From: Schmidtea nova | Taxonomy: Eukaryota | NCBI GenBank assembly: GCA_044892505.1 | Contig: CM097884.1 | Location: forward strand, 47,864,001-47,928,000 | Reading direction: 5' to 3' | Length of the DNA stretch: 64,000 nucleotides | Shown: positions 10,445 to 20,221 of the stretch, in pieces | Position numbering within the stretch: the first letter of the stretch is position 1 | Layout: every line of letters begins with the position of its first letter | The notes under the pieces: model-generated | Databases searched by the model: none | Told to the model about the DNA's origin: nothing | The model's input: only the letters and a program-made list of their open reading frames with translations | Made by a program: the position numbers and the translations under genes

Positions 10445-13400
10445 TGGTGGGTTGTTGATCGTCAATATGACCTTGACGTTGCTATGGCTCTCATCAACAA
10501 CTCAACACATAAAACATTGAAATAACCATCTTGTTGCTCGTCACAATGTAACGTTGGTAATGCAACAAATGGGTGGGTATTCGCAATCAGTGAGCGTCGT
10601 CAATACGAAACTATGATTGACCGAATATCTCCTGGGTCCAAGGGCTACCGATAGAAGGTTTAATGCCAATTTTGTCCCTTCTTCAACGATTTATCTATAA
10701 GCATTCAAAAAATTTTATCGGAAATTCTACATAAATATTTTACATAACTATAAATTTATTATTGTATACAAGTAAATCATTCTAAGCATCAAGACACTAA
10801 CAAAACCTTAAATTTTTGCAAATATTATAATTTATGTTAATTATTAATTAGAGCATTCTAAAATAAAATTTTAATTTACATTTAAAGTAAAAATAAAAAT
10901 AAAAACTTTAATTTCTTAATTTACAAAAAATAATCTGATCTCTAATTTAGGGTTTTTCATTATTTTTAAATCTATGATTAATTTCTTCGGTTTAAATTAC
11001 CGACCAAATTCCATTTGTTTAAGTTTTTATTTGACCTAGAACAAATTCAAATGCCAACTAAATTCTCAAAATATCAGCTCGGAAAATGCCTACGAACCCA
11101 ACAAATCGTGCTCCAATATTCCATAAAAGCCCCAAAAAAAGGTTAATTTATCAACTAAAATTGATAAAATAATTTATTATTCTTATAGCATCCAAACACG
11201 ACAACCGGGAAGAACGGCTCTAAACCACTCTCAATCTGAATCACTCAATTTCAAGAAAACATCCGAATCGACAAACGTTCACTCTCCCATTCAAATTCCT
11301 CTGTCACCTCACTGGAATAATTTGGATATGAACGCATCAGTCTCACATGAATGAACTCACAACTCTATGAACTTTTTGTATTAAAATCCCTCTTCTCTAT
11401 GTGATGTTTAATAAAATAATTTTTTCCTTTTTTTTATTTTAATTAGTCGTTTGATTTTGTTTTCAGTAATATATGTTTTTTCTGAATGTTGTTAAAACCT
11501 TATAACAGATGAAGATAGATGATGTGGCTGAGAAATTTTTCGACAACCAACAAAAAAAATTTAGAGGTAGGATGCCGTAGGTGAAGGTAGTGATGAGTGC
11601 TAGGAAGTATATTATGGGAAGGTAGATTTCTGATTATAGTAATAAGGTGAGGCTTGTGAATAAAAGGTTTTGTGAATTTCGATGGGAATTTTGCATGAAT
11701 GTGAATTAATGATGGTAATATTCAGGGGAATTTGCGAGTTGGTATGTCGTGTTTTATGATGAAATTTTTATATGGCATGTGGTATGTTGTGATGATGGTA
11801 TGATTGTGTATAATATTATTATAGGTTTGACTGATTTCATTGTTACAGTGTTTGTGTGCGGTTATATGGTGGGTGACTGAAAACAATGGAGTGCTTGTGA
11901 GTGTGATTGGACGTGCGATGCCAACTAACTTGTCTGAGTGTAATTTTCGGTATGGTTTGCCTGTGTGTATATAATTGTTGAATGCTATTGAATGATACTG
12001 TGTATGTGTGTATATTGTATTTTATATGTATGTTACTGTATTATCAGTATGGGTGATGCTATTGAATGGTATTGGTGTGATGAATTGCAAATTTGAATTT
12101 GTATGTGGTTTTAGGGGGTATTTTATAAAATAATACATAAAATATTTTCAAAATTTAAATGATAACAATAATTTTTTAATAATTTTTATAAATTTTTAAA
12201 TTTATAATTTTATGAAAATAATAAAATTTCTAAATTTTTATAATATACATTTTCAGATTCGAATTTTTTTAATTTAAGAATATAGATATTAATCGTAAAT
12301 ATTTTCTATGAAATTTCGAAATTTTAGATTTTATAAAATGATAAAATTTTTAATATAATAATAATATTTTCGATTTATAATTTTTATGGGTTTCGATATA
12401 ATTTTTGATTTAAAAATTCTTTGTAATTTTATAAAATGACAAAATATTTTATATAATAACAATATTTTCGATTGGTAATTTTTATGGGGTTCGATATAAT
12501 TTTTGATTTACAAATTCTTAGGAAAATTTTTTGGTTCACAATTTTTCATTATAAAATTTTTGCAATATAATAAAAAGTAAATTTTTATTTTTTGATCAAA
12601 ACGAAATCCACATAATAATAAATTTTTATCCACAAATTTCGCAATCCAAATAAGAATTCAATCTAAAAAGTTTTATATACTGAATAAAAATAAAAGTAAA
12701 ATAAGTTATAAATTCTTCAAAGAATATTTTTCGACATCGAGTAAAGTGAATTTAAGTTTCGTTCGAGCATGAATTTCCCAACCAAAGTGCGCGCGAATTT
12801 TTCGGGACACTTCACTTAGGAACTTCAGGCTCCCGAAAACAAGGTTCACTGGAGAAAATTATTTAGATAATGAATGAGGTTCAATTCAGATCAATCAATA
12901 CTTGTCTTCATAATTCGTTTCATTTCGTGATCATTATATCAACTTTGAGCATTGTTTCAACGATTCTCTTTTCAATATCGGTTGTTAATATTCTGGATCT
13001 TGGATAAGGAGAAAAATCATAGCGAAAGTGAAGGCGAAGGAGGAGTAAAATGTTCTTGCACAAATTAAATTTTTATAATGGAAAAGACATTACTGGAGAA
13101 AATCATCTTTACGTTTATATGTGGTATCAAATTTTAATTATGAATATGTTAGAATTATAAATTCAGATAAACTACATTATTATAAATCAAATATCATAAG
13201 TATAACAATTTGCCCTTGGTCAAGCCACTGTTCCCCAGTTGGGATGAAGTGATCATGGATGTTTGGGCTATTCACCTGGACTCGGAAATATGGGCTGATC
13301 GATTACGAATCGAACCAGCGATCCGCTCAGGCTACTTCCACCCGATCGGCACAAGGCCAGAAACAGGCTTCAGGGGGTACGGAAGCAAAAAAATTATTTG

Positions 13401-14521
13401 TTTATTTAATAACTTTTATTTGGACTACTAAAATTTTTCAATTATGAGAATTTGTGATAAAAAAAAATAAATAAAAAAATTCATTAGATGAAATCCTATA
13501 TAATATTTTCATTATCAATATACAAATAATAAATCCCAAATAATAACAGTAAAAAATAACTAAATGAATCAAATAAAAACGGTGTCGACATGGGATGTCC
13601 AAAGGGCATGATTTTTTGGACCTCCCATACCGATAACGCATATATAATAAGATAAATATAACATAAAAATAAAATGAGGAAATCCTTACGCTCAGTGCGG
13701 CTTCCTAATGGGTTTTTCGGAAACAAAAATTGATTTTCTTGATTTTTTCGGTAAATTCTTGATGGGTCCGTTAACTGCGGCTCTCCTGATTAATTTTTTC
13801 TTTTTCAAATTGAAATTGAAATTCTGTAGATTTAGAAATACCAAAAATCTCAACCAAATAAAAAAAATTTCCACAAAAATTCTGATTATTGCCATTTTGA
13901 TGGCGGTATATATACCATCGATTTTGCGTTACCTTCACTAGTGTAATAAAACAAATTGTTCTAGAATTTTCTTTTTAATTTTTCTAAATTAATTCTAATG
14001 ATTTTCCAAAAATTAAATCCATATTTTTGTGTAATAATTTTTTATAAAACACAATTAATTTATTTTAATTCAAAATTTTTATTTTTGAATCGAAATTTGT
14101 TCGATTTGATTTAATTTACGATATTTCGATCAATATTAGTTCTTTTTATTGTTAATGTGAAATATTTTGATAAAATCACAATTTTCTGCTAAAATTTGGT
14201 TAAATATTTTCTGTACTGAGGTTTTATAACACAATTCTGTTCTTTATGGGCTTTTCAATGGGTTTTCCGCCTATTCTAACTTTCAAACGTTCTTCTTTTG
14301 ACGATTTTTAATTTTTCTCGAGATTTCAGTGTAAGGACTTGCAAATTTACAGCTAGCGCGTACTCTACTGGTTGATGTGTTTTGAGTCCACTTAACCTTT
14401 TGGTGTTTTCCACTTAATCGCTTGGATTTTTAATGGATGTTTGGGTTAAAACTGAATCTTGGGCGCTCTCTACCTATGGGGTTATCGCTTTATTAAAACA
14501 ATTTGTAGTTTTTGCCCAACA
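10445..14521 (-). mobile_element. Giant solo-LTR-like unit A1 (4077 bp)
   Basis: Ends TGGTGGG...CCCAACA, ATTT on both sides (10441-10444, 14522-14525), colinear with 51176-54920 in conserved blocks. Confidence 0.75.
11086..11354 (+). CDS. Putative two-exon 73-aa ORF inside unit A1 (intron 11142-11188)
   Basis: Splicing a 47-nt GT-AG intron gives an open frame MPTNPTNRAPIFHKSPKK...SHE*; a similar arrangement lies at the equivalent offset in A2. Confidence 0.3.
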
Positions 14522-14533
14522 ATTTCCAGCCTT

Positions 14534-14539
14534 TATATA

Positions 14540-14602
<63 letters not shown>
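14534..14602. repeat. (TA)n microsatellite
   Basis: Seen directly. Confidence 0.95.
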
Positions 14603-14607
<5 letters not shown>

Positions 14608-15289
14608 TTATCAGTTTTTCAACAATTGACATAATATTATATTGATATTATGGTCCGTATGGATACCCCTGTCGAAGATTCTGTTAATTTTAGGATTGAT
14701 TATATTTATACATGTAGATTCGAGGACGAATTTCAAATAAGGGAGGAAACATGTTGGATTGTTAAAATAATCAGAAACATAAATTTAAAATGCACAGATC
14801 TAAGCGCAAATCAATAAAAATACGCAAACAGGAAAAATAGTTTATTAGTAAAAATAAATTGACGAATTGAAAGGTGTCTAAGGAAAAAGCCGCAAATCCA
14901 CTTAGCGGAAACTCCCAATTTAATAAATCAGTTGACAGATCCATTAAAGCGACAAGGCACTATATAAGCGAAGAGCAATTTACCGACATTTAGTTGAAGC
15001 AAAACGTAAATATTTGAGTGAGATTTTGAACGGACAAAAAGGAAGCTTAAACGGTAATTACAAGTTAGAGTGCCGATTTACCAATTTTCTCTGCGTTCCG
15101 AAAAAAGAGATCTTCCAATGGGTTTTCTACCCTTACGCAAGAGTGCATATAACAGTTATAACTTTCGGTGATTGATATTTTTGTGATTGAATTGGAGAAA
15201 TAAAAATTATTGTGTTGGGTCTAATTTATTGTTGTGAAAGAAAGAACACGGCAGTCCGATACCAACCGACTATTCATTAATAACCCAAC

Positions 15290-16000
15290 AATAGTAACAT
15301 ATGAGTCATTGTGTCTTTGTCTAAGGGGGGCGGTTTTCTTCGAAAAAATATTTTTTTTAAAAATCTATGCCAAAAATCTGTATATAGTAACATATGAGTC
15401 ATCGAGTTTTCGTCTAGAGGGGTCTTTTAAAATTTTTGAAAAAGTTATTTGTTAAACAGATTTAGAAAAACTTAGAAAATGTCTTTGTATAGAGGAGGGG
15501 GGGGGTTGGCTAAAGAATATTTTCATGGGTGTAGATGCAAATGTCTTTGTTTTCTATATTAAATGATGAGTCATCGAGGGCTCACAACTTTTTTGATTGG
15601 TGTAGATGCAAACACGCACAATGTGACTGGTTTTTATTTGTGTGAAATTGACAAAAAACGTTGAAATTCCTTTGTTTTCTTAACCTTTACCTACTTTTCG
15701 ACTAATCAGAACAAAGTAAAAGCCAGTGAGTCATCGCGGGTTCACAATATTTTGTGGGAGGATGTTATCATCTGCAAAAATGAATTATCGATAGCAAGCA
15801 ACTTTTTCGATGGGTGTAGATGCAAACACACAATATGACTGATTTTTATGAATGTGAAATTTGAAAAAAAAACCGGAAAAAACCCTTGGTTTTCTTGACA
15901 ATGACCGGATCAAATCTTGATCGGGTCAATAAAGTCGATCAAAAGAATGACTTTTGGGTGGATGTTATCATCTGCAAAAATGAGTCATCAGGATTCACTT
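15290..16000. repeat. Degenerate tandem repeats with GAGTCATCG and GGTGTAGATGCAAA anchors
   Basis: Anchors recur several times with variable spacing. Confidence 0.5.
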
Positions 16001-16241
16001 CTACATACTATAGCATAGTTACTAAAGTGAACATTTGGAAGGATTGTTATTATTTCATTTCATATAACAGGGATGCTCAAACTGCGGCTCTTTAACATTC
16101 TTTTGTGGTTCAATAGTTTAATATGTAAATGAAATTTTATGAATTTTTTTTCACAACGCCTACGTTATTGTAATTAAGCTTAAATTTTTCATAAATAATT
16201 TTAAAAAGATATTTTTAAAAAATGCTTTTAGTCATTAATTA

Positions 16242-17565
16242 TTAGGTTGTCCAGAATAAAATCTCCGAATAATATATAATAATTTTAATTCATCATAACA
16301 TTTTTTATATAAAACATATTTCTTTATTTTAAAGTTCATTAGAAAGCGCTTTTTTTGAACTCAAATATTAACTACTAACAATTTAATTACTGAAACTTTC
16401 ATTTTCAAATAGAAATGTAGAATTTAGAAAATCATTATTTGAGAATTTTTTATTTATATGAGTGTAAATCTAAGAACAATTTATTTGAGGCGAAGAGGAA
16501 TATTAATAACGCTTTTGGGAGCGATACAGTTAATGAAAGAACTATTAGGCGTTGGTTTAAAAATTCTGATCACGGAGAAATTGATCTCGAAAATATGCCT
16601 CGTGGTAGACCCAATATCAAGCTGTTGGGAGAAGATTTACGTGAAGCTGTTGCTCAAAAATCAACAAAATCTGTTCGAGAACTTGCAATAAACCTGTTTG
16701 CCTCAATAATAACCGTTTATCACAATATAAAGACAATTAGTATAGTCAAAAAGCTTCAAAAATTGGTCTGACATGAATTGACTGAATTTCAGAAATTAAA
16801 CAAATTACAAACTTGCTTATCTCTTCAAGCATAACATTGAAAGTCATCTTTTCTTAATAATATTATTACCTGCAATAAAAATGGATTCAATATGATAATT
16901 TAAAGTGATCAGGAGAATGGTTGGATAAACATCAATGCCCAAATCAGTTTCCAAAGCCGGAAATACACCAAAAGAAAGTTATGCCCTCAGCCTGATGGTC
17001 TAAGTATGGTGTAATACATTATTGTTTTCTGAAAATGGGTAAAACAATCAATTCTGAAAGATACTGTGTAGAACTAGAAAAAATGCATGAAAAACTCACC
17101 ATTAGTCACCTTGCAATTGTTAATATAAAAGGTCAAATTATCCTGCATCATAACGCCAGACCTCATGTATCGAAAGTCACTGTAAAAAATTACACGACTT
17201 AGGATTTGAAGTTTTACCGCATCCACCTTATTTCCACCTTATTTCCACCTTATTTCCACCTTATTTCCACCTTATTTCCACCTTATTTCCACCTTATTTC
17301 CACCTTATTTCCACCTTATTTCCACTTATTTAGACATTTAAGTCTTTATATCAATAGCAGAAAATTCAAAGATTTGGAGGAGATAAAATCGACAGTTATC
17401 ACTTTCTTGGACTTCAGACATGAAACTTTTTTAAAGAAGGTATAGAAAAGCTCCCGCAACGATGGCAAGAGTGTATTAATGTTTATGGGTCATATTTTGA
17501 TAAAATAATAAATGTTTAAATATATTTGTATCCATTTTGCGGACATTCCATTCCCGACAACCTAA
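16242..17565 (+). mobile_element. Decayed mariner transposon (~1.3 kb)
   Basis: TIRs TTAGGTTGTC / GACAACCTAA with TA on both sides. Transposase remnants RNINNAFG, TIRRWF, HELTE, HQKKVM, LHHNARPH, HPPY, FHLF; many stops. Confidence 0.93.
17223..17331. repeat. 11-bp tandem repeat (CCACCTTATTT)x9 plus one variant, inside the mariner transposase
   Basis: Units counted directly. Confidence 0.95.
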
Positions 17566-18054
17566 TAATTATGATAATAAAAATAAATTTAGATTATAAT
17601 TAAAAATCTTGTGACTCTACAGTGTTTTACGATTTTCAAACATGGTTCACCATGCATAAAGCTTTGAGCACCCTGTCATGCACTGCAGAAATCAAAATAT
17701 ATTTCCCATTCAAATAAATTTTTTGATTAAAAACAAGTAAAATCAATAAAATAAACTGATGTTGTCTTAGCAACGCAAATAATGCAATGCAAAAGGCCAG
17801 CTATTGCCAAAAGCGTTTTAGAGTGTTTAACACGCTTTAATATTAATTTGTCACAGAAAATAATTGTATTTATTAATATTCCATGCTCAATTTCTAGTTC
17901 AATTATTTAAATGGTTTTGCAGAAATTTGTAGACGTCATTAAACTTTTTTAGTTTTAATTAATAATTGAACTCTAGTGACATTAATTATGATTATAGATA
18001 TAGTAAAATGCTGTTAAATGAACTTTGAAAAACTTTAGAAAGGTCTCATTGATA

Positions 18055-18323
18055 NNNNNNNNNNNNNNNNNNNNNNNNNNNNNNNNNNNNNNNNNNNNNN
18101 NNNNNNNNNNNNNNNNNNNNNNNNNNNNNNNNNNNNNNNNNNNNNNNNNNNNNNNNNNNNNNNNNNNNNNNNNNNNNNNNNNNNNNNNNNNNNNNNNNNN
18201 NNNNNNNNNNNNNNNNNNNNNNNNNNNNNNNNNNNNNNNNNNNNNNNNNNNNNNNNNNNNNNNNNNNNNNNNNNNNNNNNNNNNNNNNNNNNNNNNNNNN
18301 NNNNNNNNNNNNNNNNNNNNNNN
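18055..18323. other. Assembly gap (Ns)
   Basis: Run of N. Confidence 1.
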
Positions 18324-18771
18324 AATTTTATTACGATTCGGACGTTTTGTTAGTTGTAACAACTTTTTATTTGAGCTGATCTATCTAGTTTTAGAAAGGT
18401 TTTATCGGCCCCCGTAGGAAGGGAAATATGTTATTCATTAAAACTATTGGGGTTGTCTTAAATTGGTGCAAAATAAGGTGAAATGCACAGAAAAATAACA
18501 ATTTACAAAAATTGAAAAAAATTTTAAATCAGTAATTTTTCGACTGAAATGGGTATGAGCAGATGGCATGTAATGAGGCGAATACGAGTATAATAATAAA
18601 AAATCAATTTGGGGTCACTAGAAAAGGATATTAAGAAAATAAAAATTAATTAAAAATAACATAAACTTTAATTGCCTAATGGAAAACTCGAACTGACAAC
18701 AAAATAAATAATTAAATTCTTTCCTAAACCAGCACAATAGCCAGCTATAGAGTAAACATAAATTTGTTGGG

Positions 18772-19235
18772 AGGTAAGTGCCGGTTTTGATACTATTTTG
18801 AATTTTTAATACTATTTTGAATTTTTAATACTATTTTGAATTATTAAAAATTATTATTAATTATTAATTATTATTAATTATTATTAATTATTAATTATTA
18901 TTAATTAACTATTAATTAATTATTAATTAATTATTAATTAATTAATAATTATTAATTTATTAATTAATTATTAATTTATTAATTATTAATTAATTATTAA
19001 TTAATTATTAATTAATTAATTATTAATTTATTATTAATTTATTAATTATTAATTTTTATTAATTATTATTAATTATTATTAATTATTATTATTATTAATT
19101 ATTAATTATTATTAATTATTAATTATTAATTATTATTAATTATTAAAAATTTTGAATTATTAAAAATTAAAAATAGTATTAAAAATTCAAAATAGTATTA
19201 AAAATTCAAAATAGTATCAAAACCGGCACTTACCT
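18772..19235. mobile_element. Foldback MITE (464 bp) with ~66-bp TIRs and 6-bp TSD GTTGGG
   Basis: AGGTAAGTGCCGGTTTTGATACTATTTTG... is exactly inverted at the right end; GTTGGG at 18766-18771 and 19236-19241; interior almost purely A/T. Confidence 0.9.
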
Positions 19236-20221
19236 GTTGGGATTATACATGATCGTGTAAAATAGGAGAAATGAAAAATGTACAAAATTAATAAAACATT
19301 AAATTCAAATTTCAAAAAGGGTAAAAATTCATTTTTACCGGGGTATAAAGTGGCAATCGATGGCAAATTGAAGGTTGAAAATGAATAATAATTTTAAATT
19401 AATTAAGGGTCCCTGGGAGGGTATAGAACAACAATACGAATTAATTAATTAATTGATCTCATTAATAATCTAATTTGATTCACCAATTATTATGGAAAGA
19501 AACACAAATTGTCAGATTGATCAAGCCTAAATATTGCTTGTCGAAGTCAGAATTAGAAACTCGTAGTAGTAAGGAATTGGTATAACAAAAGTTAAGTATA
19601 AGAAAGAATAAAGTATAAGGAGAGTAAGATAGTGAAACTTAATCGTCAATCAAATTTTACGTTATCTAGTTGTATCCTTTAAATTATCTATTCTAAAATC
19701 TATTTGAATCGAAGGGTTTAAGAGAATTTGTTATTTGTCAAATAGTTTTAATTTGTTGAATCTTTGTTATTATCTAAAAGACACAAAAAGTCAAAACAAA
19801 AATTAATTCCCATCGAAACTAATAACCCAATAAATTAATAAGGAAAAGTTGGTGAGTTAAAAGAGAGATGTCGCCTGGCCGGTTATAATTGTTTTTAGAT
19901 AATTTGCGCTTGAATAGTTCCATTTGATTATTAGATTATCTAGAAAGAGACAGCGAGAACCATATATAAAGAATTACAATATTTTTCATTTTGCCAGTTG
20001 ATCGAAGAAAGAAAATCAAAATATTTGTAAAAGCGGTGTAGAGTTATAGCACCCCTTTGAGTTATCTAACTTGTCATAAATTTAAAGAAGTTCTGATCAA
20101 ATCCAAAAGTGTTGTTACGATATTGTTGAGAATTCTTTAGAGTTTTAAATAAATTTACTGTTTTGGGTGTCTTTATTTAATTAGCATAAAAATTCAGGTT
20201 TTGATATCAACTTTACTGAAG

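Noticed and set aside
10590-10658. Assignment of the shared motif to hammerhead, twister, HDV-like or hairpin ribozymes, or SL RNA
   Set aside because: Required cores (CUGANGA/GAAA, P1 pairing, Sm site) are not conserved across the five copies.
13295-13340. tRNA-like A and B boxes on the minus strand (TAGCCTGAGCGG...GGTTCGATTC)
   Set aside because: Only ~6 nt between the boxes and no cloverleaf.
13210-13431. 73-aa ORF in the conserved block of A1
   Set aside because: Stop and indels in A2; the ORF begins at TTG.
13904-13941. Helitron-like hairpin plus CTAG end
   Set aside because: Homology with A2 continues ~580 bp beyond the CTAG, and the spacing is atypical.
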